Part shown: positions 29,793 to 38,854 of the stretch, one piece after another | How the letters are laid out: each line of letters begins with the position of its first letter | Position numbering within the stretch: position 1 is the first letter of the stretch | From: an uncultured delta proteobacterium | GTDB taxonomy: Bacteria > Bdellovibrionota > FAC87 > UBA2466 | DNA length: 64,000 nucleotides | Reading direction: 5' to 3' | Assembly (NCBI GenBank): GCA_963778115.1 | Contig: CAVZSV010000005.1 | Location: 96,001-160,000 of the forward strand | Translations under genes and position numbers: made by a program | Notes under the pieces: model-generated | The model's input: only the letters and a program-made list of their open reading frames with translations | Databases searched by the model: none | What the model was told of the DNA's origin: nothing

Positions 29793-30482
29793 TTAGTGAA
29801 TGATGAGCACAAACTCTCCGCGGGAGAGCTGGTGAATTTTTGCAAAGTTTTCGAGTTCGCTAGCGGTTCCCCAAAAATATTGTTCGCAGGGCTTGCTAAT
29901 TTCCCAAGCGAGAAAGATCTGACGCTTCGGGTTAATGGCTGCTTTCACTTGGGAGAGAAGTGCTTCGAAACGATAGGGGGTATCCATCAATACGATGTGG
30001 CCTTCCACGGACAAAAGTCTTTTTAGCTCTTTTAGTCGTTCCCCCTGTTCGCGGGGTAGAAAACCTGAGATGAAAAAAGGCGGTTCCCATCCCGACATCG
30101 CGCAAGCCGTAGCCCAAGAGGTGGCCGAAGGGATACTGCGGATGTTAAATCCGAGGGTTCGACACCAATGAAGAATTTCGCTACCAGGATCAAACAGTAC
30201 GGGCATTCCGGTATCCGATAGTAACGCCACCTTTGCCCCTTGTGTGAAGGCAAGCCGTAGCCGATCGTAGAGCCGTTGCTCTTCGGGTTTGGAAAGATTA
30301 TCTAAGAAAAAGAGTTCGGGAGGTGTCACCTTATTCCAGTGGGGCTTAGTGTAGCGAAAAGCGGGCTTTCTGTTCTCGGCAATGATCACCGAGCAAAGCG
30401 AGATCGCTTGCGCCGCGCGTGTTTCTAGTGACTCTTCTTCATTTAGAGGGGTTCCGATGACGATAAGTTCACAATACGTCAT
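29793..30482 (-). CDS. rsmI: 16S rRNA C1402 2'-O-methyltransferase-like tetrapyrrole methylase
   Basis: GTPL, LSDTGMPVLFDPG, GFLP, EISK, GEFVL. Confidence 0.8.
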   Translation of the reverse strand: MTYCELIVIGTPLNEEESLETRAAQAISLCSVIIAENRKPAFRYTKPHWNKVTPPELFFLDNLSKPEEQRLYDRLRLAFTQGAKVALLSDTGMPVLFDPGSEILHWCRTLGFNIRSIPSATSWATACAMSGWEPPFFISGFLPREQGERLKELKRLLSVEGHIVLMDTPYRFEALLSQVKAAINPKRQIFLAWEISKPCEQYFWGTASELENFAKIHQLSRGEFVLIIH

Positions 30483-32809
30483 TGCGACGCACTCTTTAGC
30501 TGAGCGCCAGGTTTCCCAAAATCGAAATTGAAGACGAAGCTTGAGAAGCGCTGCTTGAGATCGTTCTGTCCAAAATTGAAGGTGAGGCCCCAGCAGGAGC
30601 GGGGCTTGCCGCCAAAGATAAGAGACATCTGCGCTCCCAAAAGGTTTCCCTGTTTGTAGGAATATTCGAGGCTTCCACCGATATCAAAAAACCAGGGGCT
30701 GGTCTTATAGAAAGCTAGAATCGCCGTTTTTTCCGTGAGATCGGGATCGGCGTTAATGGCGATGCGATTGCCGATGGTAATGCTGTTACCACTTAGGTCG
30801 CGGTACGAAAGCGTGCTTGAAATATCATTTTCGAATACCCCGTTAGTGGCTTGCAATTGGTAGTCGCCTTGGAATTGGGCGACGAGACGCCAGATCTGAA
30901 ATTCGCCCAATATTTCGATAGGCCCCATGTGGTACTGGTATCTGGGATCTATGTTCGAGGTGATGGAGTTGTACTGCTCCGATAGTTGAAACAGAAAGAA
31001 CCTCTCGGAGCCCGTGGGGGTCTTGCGCATTAAACGGTTGGTCAGTTCAAAACGCATATACTGGTAAGGCGTCAGTAGATCGGTCAAATCGAACATGGGA
31101 TTACTAAGACCCCGATTTTGATCGACGTAGAAAAACGGGTTGTCCGATGGACTCTGGTAAAGGCTCGTCGCATAAGTAATACGCGGCTGAAAAACGTGCG
31201 CTATTTTTTCATACCCTGGGATGGAGGTTTCAAAGCTTCTCCACAGGTACATGGAAACGGGGACTTGAAGTTCCGCATATTCGCGGTGGACGAAATTGGA
31301 GTTCGGATAGTCGAAGTGATAGATCAATGACCCCGCGCTTAGCATGGGTTGCAGCTGAAATCCGTTGGAGAGAGGAACATTCGCAATCAAGCGGGGCTCT
31401 ACCTGAGCGCGCTGACCGGACCGGATGTAATCGCCCGAATGGTAAGCTTGATTGGGATCGAAGTTGTTAATGACGAGCGGGTTGACGTTGGGATTGAATG
31501 AGTTAGCGATAGAGTCATACCCGACGGCAGGCCGATAGAAGTTAGTAACGTTGGTATCGAATTCATAAGAGAAAAGTTGATTTAGAAAAGGGGTATTCGC
31601 CCCAAAGAACGAGACACTCGGAAGTTTTGTTACCGGCCCGCGATCGATCCCATTGTCTTGAGTAATGATAAGGCTCTGGTGGTGATCGACGTCCGCGGTA
31701 AATAGGTAACTGTCACCGGGAGAGGTGAGACTTAGTTGCGATCGCAAGGACGGCATAGTGACTCCCGATTTGATGTCGGGGGCATAATCCAGAGTGTAGT
31801 AGGGATTACTCACCTCTCTAATGATCTGTCTGGCGTGGGAACGTTTTCCAAAAGCGTAATTGTTATCGATATCAACCGCCCACTCGCCGATTAACCCCAA
31901 GAAACGATTGCGGGTCAGATCGTCGGGAGCGGGGTTATAGGGATCCGGGCTGAAACGCCTTTGTAGCATGAACACATTTGCCTCTCCTAGGGTTCCGGCG
32001 GAATAGCGGTACCGATAATCGACGCCCAACTTCATTCCAATCCCCGACTTAGCGAAATAGGAGGGCGTTAGCGTGAGATCTTCCCAAGGAGCCAAAACCA
32101 AGAAGTAGGGTAGGGATACCCCGCTTCCCAAATCATCGGAATAGCTAAAGGTCGGTGTTAATAGGCCGCTTTGACGCTGGGTCTTTACGGGAGCGATGAA
32201 ATACGGCAAGTAAAGTGCCGGAATTCCCTTCATGTAAATTAAAGCGTCCGTGACATGAACATACTCCTCCATCGTAATGGAGAAATGTCTTCCGTAGAGT
32301 TTCCAATCGAGATCGCATTTGCCTATGGAAGGATCCCTAACCAGATCGACGTTACAGTTGGAATAACTTCCATTATCAATTTCAAAATGGCGTAGGTCCA
32401 GCCTTCTAGCCGTGCTTCCCGTAAAGACAACGGTTCCGCTGACCAGAGTCAGATTTTCAAAACTGGAGTCTTCCCCTTCGATACTGAAATCGGCGTGGGA
32501 GCACCACATTTCAATATCTCCGTCTTTGATATGCACGTTGCCCGAAGCCGTTCCCCGCTTGATTTGGAAGTCGACTTCGATTTCATCCGCCCAAACTTGC
32601 TTGGTTCCTTTTTTCATCCAAGCGTTGCCTTGTCCGCGAAGGGTGTTGGCCTGGAGATCTCTTTGAAAATGGTCCGCCTTGAAAGGGATATCTCTGAGGA
32701 CTTCGCCATAGGATAGGGGGGATAGCAACGAGAGCAATGCAAAAAAAGCAAAGACCAGGACAGCGGACCGCGCCCGAACCGGAGCTCGAAATGGTGGCAA
32801 CTCTCGCAT
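30479..32809 (-). CDS. lptD: LPS-assembly protein LptD
   Basis: N-terminal beta-jellyroll, PALYLPYF...RQSGLLTP, large barrel. Confidence 0.88.
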   Translation of the reverse strand: MRELPPFRAPVRARSAVLVFAFFALLSLLSPLSYGEVLRDIPFKADHFQRDLQANTLRGQGNAWMKKGTKQVWADEIEVDFQIKRGTASGNVHIKDGDIEMWCSHADFSIEGEDSSFENLTLVSGTVVFTGSTARRLDLRHFEIDNGSYSNCNVDLVRDPSIGKCDLDWKLYGRHFSITMEEYVHVTDALIYMKGIPALYLPYFIAPVKTQRQSGLLTPTFSYSDDLGSGVSLPYFLVLAPWEDLTLTPSYFAKSGIGMKLGVDYRYRYSAGTLGEANVFMLQRRFSPDPYNPAPDDLTRNRFLGLIGEWAVDIDNNYAFGKRSHARQIIREVSNPYYTLDYAPDIKSGVTMPSLRSQLSLTSPGDSYLFTADVDHHQSLIITQDNGIDRGPVTKLPSVSFFGANTPFLNQLFSYEFDTNVTNFYRPAVGYDSIANSFNPNVNPLVINNFDPNQAYHSGDYIRSGQRAQVEPRLIANVPLSNGFQLQPMLSAGSLIYHFDYPNSNFVHREYAELQVPVSMYLWRSFETSIPGYEKIAHVFQPRITYATSLYQSPSDNPFFYVDQNRGLSNPMFDLTDLLTPYQYMRFELTNRLMRKTPTGSERFFLFQLSEQYNSITSNIDPRYQYHMGPIEILGEFQIWRLVAQFQGDYQLQATNGVFENDISSTLSYRDLSGNSITIGNRIAINADPDLTEKTAILAFYKTSPWFFDIGGSLEYSYKQGNLLGAQMSLIFGGKPRSCWGLTFNFGQNDLKQRFSSFVFNFDFGKPGAQLKSASQ

Positions 32810-32938
32810 AAAGGGGACAAAAATAACCTGATGAATTGCCTTCCGTAAAGCTATCCTACGGGCAAACCAAGGAATTAGATGAAAATGAAGTAATCCCTTG
32901 AAATTATGCCGATAGCTTCCTAAACTCCAGGGTTTAAT

Positions 32939-33700
32939 ATGGAATCAGAAATGAGAAGGCCTTTAGTCAATCCCGTGGCGTTGCAAAACTGTGTCGTAAA
33001 GTACGGTGATGCCGTCGCCAATGTACTTGATATCTCTTTTGTGAGGCTGGTGATTTCACCCCTTCCCGAGGGGCTAGAGATAGCCGAAGTGGCCTTTCCA
33101 TTAGAGTTCCATCTGGATCGTTTCCAATTTCTAGCTCGCGTGAGCATTCAGGGGCACGGAGAGTCCTGGACCCGCTTGGGATTTGAAAAGATTCTCCATA
33201 GTGCCGGGGCTCACCTAAGATCTTTTCTGTCTCCCAAGCGGATCGGGGAGTCCATTATTGAGGACTGGAGATCGGATCAAATTCGCCATTACCACGGGCT
33301 CAATGAAAGCGAATTATGGTTCGATCAGAATGGGTCGATGCTGTTTTCTTACCTAGATAGCGTCGATCATACGGCCCAGTTCATTATCAGTATGTCGGAT
33401 GTTAGAGGACCCCTAAAAGTGGGAAAACTGCCCCGCAAAGACTATATCGAGCTGGGTAATGTAGAGCAGGAGCTACCGCTAATTCCGCTTTCTGATCGCG
33501 ATACTTACGCAAAGCTTGGAGAGTGTAGGGATGTGGTGACGAATTTCAGGCCCACCGGGCAAATGGAATACAATCTAAAACAGCGTCTGCTCAAAGTGAT
33601 TAGCGAACATCTGTATTCGACCAGTCGAAAGGTGGAGATGGCGCAGCCGCGTCCATCACGTCCCACGGTTTCGCTTCCCGCGGAAAATCCCATATCTTAA
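32939..33700 (+). CDS. Hypothetical protein, possible degenerate PilZ-like N-terminus
   Basis: 253-aa ORF; RRPL...VLDIS motif is only weakly PilZ-like. Confidence 0.65.
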   Translation: MESEMRRPLVNPVALQNCVVKYGDAVANVLDISFVRLVISPLPEGLEIAEVAFPLEFHLDRFQFLARVSIQGHGESWTRLGFEKILHSAGAHLRSFLSPKRIGESIIEDWRSDQIRHYHGLNESELWFDQNGSMLFSYLDSVDHTAQFIISMSDVRGPLKVGKLPRKDYIELGNVEQELPLIPLSDRDTYAKLGECRDVVTNFRPTGQMEYNLKQRLLKVISEHLYSTSRKVEMAQPRPSRPTVSLPAENPIS

Positions 33701-33810
33701 TTTTCCGTCCGAAGTCGCGCTATGCTATGGCGCGCCGCAGTAATGGTTTCCTGCGTCAATATGCAGTAAAATAGAGAAAGTCTCCTAACTCGCCACCAAC
33801 GGAAAAACGA

Positions 33811-34848
33811 TTGTCCAACTTCAAATCACTTAAGGTGTTGGTACTGACTTACCACGATCATGTGCCGCCCGGGCATGTTAGGGGAGCTGACTTAGAGAAA
33901 GCGCAGTGGAAGTTGGAATATGAGGTTATCCACACGTTAGAGGACATGAACCAAGAGGTGAGGGTTTTGGGGGTCAACGAAGATTTAGCAGTTATTCCCA
34001 AAGCCATTGCCGATTTTAAACCCCATATTGCTTTTAATCTTCTCGACGAATTTCAAGGCAAAGCGGCTTTGGATCACAACGTGATTAGTTACTTAGAATT
34101 GCTGGGACTTCCTTATACCGGCTGTAACGCTCGGGGACTGATACTCTCCCGCGATAAGGCTTTGACCAAAAAATTATTGGCCTACCACAAAATTCAGGTT
34201 CCTGAGTTTATGGTTTTTCCCCAAAGTAGAAAGGTGAGACTTCCCGCCTCCATGGCCTATCCTCTTTTCGTGAAATCACTTATCGAAGATGGCTCCCAAG
34301 GGATTTCCCAATCGTGCATCGTGTACGACGAAAAGCATCTTGAAGAACGGGTGAGTTTTATTCACCAGAATGTCGGCACCGACGCGATTGTAGAGACTTA
34401 CATTGAGGGTAGGGAGCTGTATGTGGGGGTGGTGGGGAATTCTCGTCTGGAGGTCTTGCCGGTTTGGGAGCTATTTTTTAATAAAACCCCGGATGAAGTG
34501 CATCGCATCGCCACGGCTAGGGTGAAATGGAACCCTACGTACCGAAAAAAATACGGTATTAAAACGGGAGAAGCTAAGGGTTTAGACTCGACGCTAGAGC
34601 AGAAGATCCAAGAGATTTGCCGCGAAGCTTATCGCATCAACGGTATTAGTGGTTACGCGCGAATGGATCTTAGACTTACCAAAGACAACCAAGTGTATTT
34701 CATCGAGGCCAATCCAAATCCTCATATCGGCAAAGACGAAGAGCTAGCGGAGTCTGCCCGCGCTTCGGGTAAGAGCTATGAAGAACTCTTGTGGAAAATT
34801 CTAAGACTCGGATTGAACTGGGAATCTGGGCAATTGCAGGTCGCCTAA
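33811..34848 (+). CDS. ATP-grasp ligase, D-Ala-D-Ala ligase-like family
   Basis: LELLGLPYTG, DKALTK, YPLFVK, GSQGI, ETYIEGRE, YARMDLR, EANPNP. Confidence 0.88.
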   Translation: MSNFKSLKVLVLTYHDHVPPGHVRGADLEKAQWKLEYEVIHTLEDMNQEVRVLGVNEDLAVIPKAIADFKPHIAFNLLDEFQGKAALDHNVISYLELLGLPYTGCNARGLILSRDKALTKKLLAYHKIQVPEFMVFPQSRKVRLPASMAYPLFVKSLIEDGSQGISQSCIVYDEKHLEERVSFIHQNVGTDAIVETYIEGRELYVGVVGNSRLEVLPVWELFFNKTPDEVHRIATARVKWNPTYRKKYGIKTGEAKGLDSTLEQKIQEICREAYRINGISGYARMDLRLTKDNQVYFIEANPNPHIGKDEELAESARASGKSYEELLWKILRLGLNWESGQLQVA

Positions 34849-34866
34849 ACGGTTAAGGAGTAACAG

Positions 34867-35445
34867 ATGCATCGCAACGGAGTATTGTGTTTGGAAGGAG
34901 ACTGGGAGGAGGGGCTCATTCGTCGAAGAAGCCTGGTTCCCGTCCTGCAGTTGGTAAAAAGCCAGTGGGGCATTCCCTATATTCACCGAACGGCATCCAC
35001 GCGAGATGAATTTCGTTTAGTGATAGAGCAATGGCTAAAGGCCAAATATGCTAACTATCCTATTTTATATTTAGGATTTCATGGAAGTCCCGGTGCTCTT
35101 CACATTGGTCAGGAAGAGATTTCGATTTGTGATTTGGCTGAATTTGCGGATAGGGGGAGAAATCGAATCGTTCACTTCGGAGCGTGCAAAACGCTAAGCG
35201 CTCCTCGTAAGGAGTTAATCCGTTTTCTTAAGATGACTCGCTTTGTGGGTATTTGCGGATTTCGCACGGATATCGACTGGCTCCATTCCTCAGCGCTTGA
35301 AATTATTATTTTAGACGAACTCTCCAAAAGAAAGATTACCGCCGGAAATATGAAGGTGTTTGAAAAGCGCCTAAAAGGAATGGCGGGAAGTTTGACCAGA
35401 GAACTTCAGTTTCAGGTGTGGAATCGTTCGATGTTGGAAGGGTAG
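34867..35445 (+). CDS. DUF6642-like protein with caspase/CHAT-type His-Cys dyad
   Basis: CLEGDW, LYLGFHG and VHFGAC motifs. Confidence 0.65.
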   Translation: MHRNGVLCLEGDWEEGLIRRRSLVPVLQLVKSQWGIPYIHRTASTRDEFRLVIEQWLKAKYANYPILYLGFHGSPGALHIGQEEISICDLAEFADRGRNRIVHFGACKTLSAPRKELIRFLKMTRFVGICGFRTDIDWLHSSALEIIILDELSKRKITAGNMKVFEKRLKGMAGSLTRELQFQVWNRSMLEG

Positions 35446-35457
35446 CTCACGCTAACT

Positions 35458-35721
35458 TTATGGATTTTGCGGTAGCGGAATCGTCGGTGTGTAGTTCCAC
35501 TGATTCGCCGGGGGTTGGAAGCTCGGAAGCGGGCCTGGATCGGGGGTGAAGTTAGGAACACAGACACTGTCTTCGTAAACGGTCCCGTCGGGATTTGCGC
35601 GCAACTCCCTTGCCCAGGTTCCGTTATTACAATCGGCACATCCCCCCAGAAATCCCAAAAAGAAAAATCCCCAAAACAGAGATCCCAAAAATGACATCGT
35701 TATCGCTAAGTTTGTTTTCAC
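35458..35721 (-). CDS. Small putative lipoprotein, Pro-rich C-terminus
   Basis: Signal peptide ending LGGC. Confidence 0.6.
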   Translation of the reverse strand: MKTNLAITMSFLGSLFWGFFFLGFLGGCADCNNGTWARELRANPDGTVYEDSVCVPNFTPDPGPLPSFQPPANQWNYTPTIPLPQNP

Positions 35722-35935
35722 GGGAGCCCTTTATATAGGAACACCCAAAAGCAATCAATACCCTCTATCCACCTGCGCACTTCGTTTGCTAATGTCTGAC
35801 TTTTTGACACCTCTCCGTTTTTCGTCCCCAAAGGGGGCGAAACTATTGAAAAATCCTAGTTGCCCCGGTCCAAATGCCCCTCGTTTTTTCGTTCTAACCC
35901 CATTAAAGCGTTAGCGAATTAGGCTCACCAGAGTT

Positions 35936-35951
35936 GGGCTTTGGTCTTGCA
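35936..35951 (+). promoter_or_regulatory. Possible sigma54 promoter
   Basis: GGGCTTTGGTCTTGCA (GG-N10-GC, TTGCA) about 55 bp upstream of the start. Confidence 0.45.
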
Positions 35952-36007
35952 CTATCTTGAAGTAGCAGAAGTGGTTCTTCAACGGTACGTATTAGGGGAA
36001 GTTGCTG

Positions 36008-37534
36008 ATGAGAAACGTGAATGTCGCTTTGGTATGGGTAGCCTTGGCCTTGGGTCCCTTGTCGAACATCAAGACAGTCCGAGCAGAGTCTCAGGCTGAT
36101 CATAGTGCGAGTGGTTCCGAGAAATCTGACTCGGACGACTCTAGCGCCCAAGTAGAGCAGGCTAAGGCCAGGATCGTGGCTACGAAGCCTTCGATTAGGC
36201 CTTTGACCGAAATTTTAGGAGGATGGCAACCGAGTATGACTTCAGATCGATTCAATAGCTTGATGGATAAGACCCGCGGGCTTTCTGACGATCAGAGAAC
36301 TGCCCTGCAACAGAGTTTTCAGCAATTGGGTCCAGAGAACTTTCAAAGAGCGGTTTTACAAGCGCTTCCGGAAATTAGTCCGCCCCAACAAGCTCCCGAT
36401 GGAACGACAACGGGGGGAGCTCCTGGAGGGCCCGCTCCGGGAACGGCCGCGGCGGCTCAAGATCCCGACTTAGCCAAATTATTGGAACAAGCCAAAGCCC
36501 TCAAAGAAAAACAAGGGGGACAAGGGGCAGATCCTCTTACCCAAGCGTTATTGGGAAAAGCTTTGCGCGGAGAAAAAGAAGGACAAGGCCAGGGGGGTGG
36601 CGGCCCCCAAGGCGGACCTCCCCCCAATGCAGGGGGAAATCAGGGCGGCAGTCCTTCGGGTAGCGGGCAGGATAAAGGCAAGAAACACGATACGCCTGAC
36701 AAGAACGCCAATAACAACAACAATCGCAATCAGAACAATTATCCGCAGAACTTAAATCAGAATGGGAATAACACTCAGGCCTCCAATAGCAAAGATGAGG
36801 AGAAAGACTCAGAAGACAAGAAGCCCTCCCTCTCCGATTTTTCAAGTCTGGGTGATAGCTTGGGAAAAAGTTCCACCAAAGAGAAGCCAGACATCAGTAA
36901 GCAGTTGGCCGATTTGCAAGCAGCAGCCGATGACAACTCCGGTGGTGGCGGCGGTCGAGGGCGATATCGAGGGAATTCGGGCCCTAGGAGTCAACTCCAA
37001 CCCATCAAAGGTGGGTTTTCCAGACAGGATAACTTCGCCGGTGGCGGATTCGGTGGTGGTGGCGGCGGTGGCGGTGGTGGTGGATTTGGCGGCGCACCTA
37101 TTAGAGGGGGCGGCGGCGGTGGTGGCGGTGGCGGAGATATGAATCTCGCCGGAATGAGATTTGACGATGGCGGCGGTTATTACGGAGGCACTCCTATTTT
37201 TGAAAAGGGGGGAATTTTTGGATCGGATGTCGCCAATGCCGGATCTTTGCAGCAGGGCGATGCTAACGGAGATGGAGATGGCAACGATCAAAGTGATATC
37301 TATGTCGTGAAGCACCCTTCGGCGTCACTGCAAGTGACGTTGGGAGATGCGAATTCAGCGCCAGGAAGCATTTTAGATAAATTCGCGAATCAGAAGCTCA
37401 CCAAGCAAGTGTGTGCGACTTCGCGTCCTGGGCAGTTTGATTATTGTCGTCAAAAGACACTTAGAGGAATTACGGGGAGAGATCAGGACAATTTTTCTGT
37501 GATCTCAGGCTCAGGGTTTGAAAATAACATTTAA
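36008..37534 (+). CDS. Secreted Gly/Asn/Gln-rich low-complexity protein
   Basis: Signal peptide (VRA), poly-Gly tracts, C-terminal Cys pair; alternative TTG start at 36002. Confidence 0.8.
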   Translation: MRNVNVALVWVALALGPLSNIKTVRAESQADHSASGSEKSDSDDSSAQVEQAKARIVATKPSIRPLTEILGGWQPSMTSDRFNSLMDKTRGLSDDQRTALQQSFQQLGPENFQRAVLQALPEISPPQQAPDGTTTGGAPGGPAPGTAAAAQDPDLAKLLEQAKALKEKQGGQGADPLTQALLGKALRGEKEGQGQGGGGPQGGPPPNAGGNQGGSPSGSGQDKGKKHDTPDKNANNNNNRNQNNYPQNLNQNGNNTQASNSKDEEKDSEDKKPSLSDFSSLGDSLGKSSTKEKPDISKQLADLQAAADDNSGGGGGRGRYRGNSGPRSQLQPIKGGFSRQDNFAGGGFGGGGGGGGGGGFGGAPIRGGGGGGGGGGDMNLAGMRFDDGGGYYGGTPIFEKGGIFGSDVANAGSLQQGDANGDGDGNDQSDIYVVKHPSASLQVTLGDANSAPGSILDKFANQKLTKQVCATSRPGQFDYCRQKTLRGITGRDQDNFSVISGSGFENNI

Positions 37535-37571
37535 TAGGGAACAGGTAGTTTTTTAACTAAGGATAGGCAAC

Positions 37572-38780
37572 ATGAATAGAACGCTAAAGTTAGTCATCAG
37601 CATGTCCCTTATGTATTCTGCAAGTCTCTCTTTTGGAGAGACCGGAGGCTATACGATCCCGGATCCTATTCAAAGCCCTCCGCCCCTCGATAATTCTCAA
37701 ACCGATTTTCAGAGCCAAGCGCAGCAAAACACGCAAGCAGCGCAAATGGGGGCTCAGCAGATGAATGCGCAACAGTCGGGACTCGTGCAAGGAGGTCTCA
37801 ATCAGGCGTTCGCCGCCCAAGGTCCCCAAACCCAATTGCAATCGGATACTCAGAGCATCGATCGAAGACAGAATTTTAACCAATCAGGCAATCTCAGTAA
37901 TTCAGGCGCCGGAGCTGCCGGAACGGCGGGCGGAGTTCTGACTGGTCTTGGAGTTCCTATGTTACTCAGTCCCGATTTGCCCACACAAATTGCCGGTGCC
38001 ATGCTTCTTGCGGATGCCGCCCAGGAGTTTGCTCAGATGGGAGCGAGTAACAATGCGGGAAATCAGAACAACGGGATCGCAAATCAACTCTCTCAACCTA
38101 ATGGAAATGGAACGGCCGCGACCGGTACGAGTACTCCTGCTTCAGCCAGTAACTACATCGATCAAAAGACCAAAGATGCCCTTAACCAAGCAGGCATCAA
38201 TCCGGATGATTTCGCCCAAAAATTGTCGAACGGTAATCTTAGTTCGAACGACTTATTATCTCAGTACGCGGGAAATCCCACGGTAACTCCTGAGGCCCAG
38301 CAGGCCGCGGACTCCATGGTGAATAATACGCTTGCTACTATTCCTCAACCCGATCCCTCGAAAGCGCTTATTTTGGATGATAGCAATCCAGTACAAACGG
38401 TGGGTGCCGGCGGATCGCTCATGCGATCTCCCGCTAGCGGACTTAGTGGTGCTCCGCCCGCTTCTACGGTTGCCGAAGGTAGCGGCAATCTTGCTAGCTC
38501 TGGCCATACCATCGGCGCTAAGGGAAACGAAGCGGCCGCCAATCCGGTTGCCGCCGAGTTGGGACTTACGGGCCTCAGTGATTCTGCGATTAGAGGCTGG
38601 GTTTCCAGTGCAGCTCCCACGCAAGTCGCTGACTTCGGCCCCCGTGCCTTTCTCTCCAGCGGGTTGGCACAGGTTGGGGTGGCGGTTCGTCCCAAAGGGG
38701 AGAGTATCTTTCAGGTCGCCCATCACCAGTTCCGCTCTTTCGGACGGTGGAGAAAACAAGATCGCGTAGCGCAGAACTAA
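37572..38780 (+). CDS. Secreted Gln/Asn-rich protein with hydrophobic hairpin and C-terminal SIFQVAHHQF motif
   Basis: Signal peptide; architecture parallels the 5397-6659 protein. Confidence 0.8.
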   Translation: MNRTLKLVISMSLMYSASLSFGETGGYTIPDPIQSPPPLDNSQTDFQSQAQQNTQAAQMGAQQMNAQQSGLVQGGLNQAFAAQGPQTQLQSDTQSIDRRQNFNQSGNLSNSGAGAAGTAGGVLTGLGVPMLLSPDLPTQIAGAMLLADAAQEFAQMGASNNAGNQNNGIANQLSQPNGNGTAATGTSTPASASNYIDQKTKDALNQAGINPDDFAQKLSNGNLSSNDLLSQYAGNPTVTPEAQQAADSMVNNTLATIPQPDPSKALILDDSNPVQTVGAGGSLMRSPASGLSGAPPASTVAEGSGNLASSGHTIGAKGNEAAANPVAAELGLTGLSDSAIRGWVSSAAPTQVADFGPRAFLSSGLAQVGVAVRPKGESIFQVAHHQFRSFGRWRKQDRVAQN

Positions 38781-38854
38781 AGATAGCGTCGGCTCTCGTC
38801 CTTCTGCATCAACCTTCTGTTTCAAGCATTTATTGAGGAATACCGAAGACTTTA

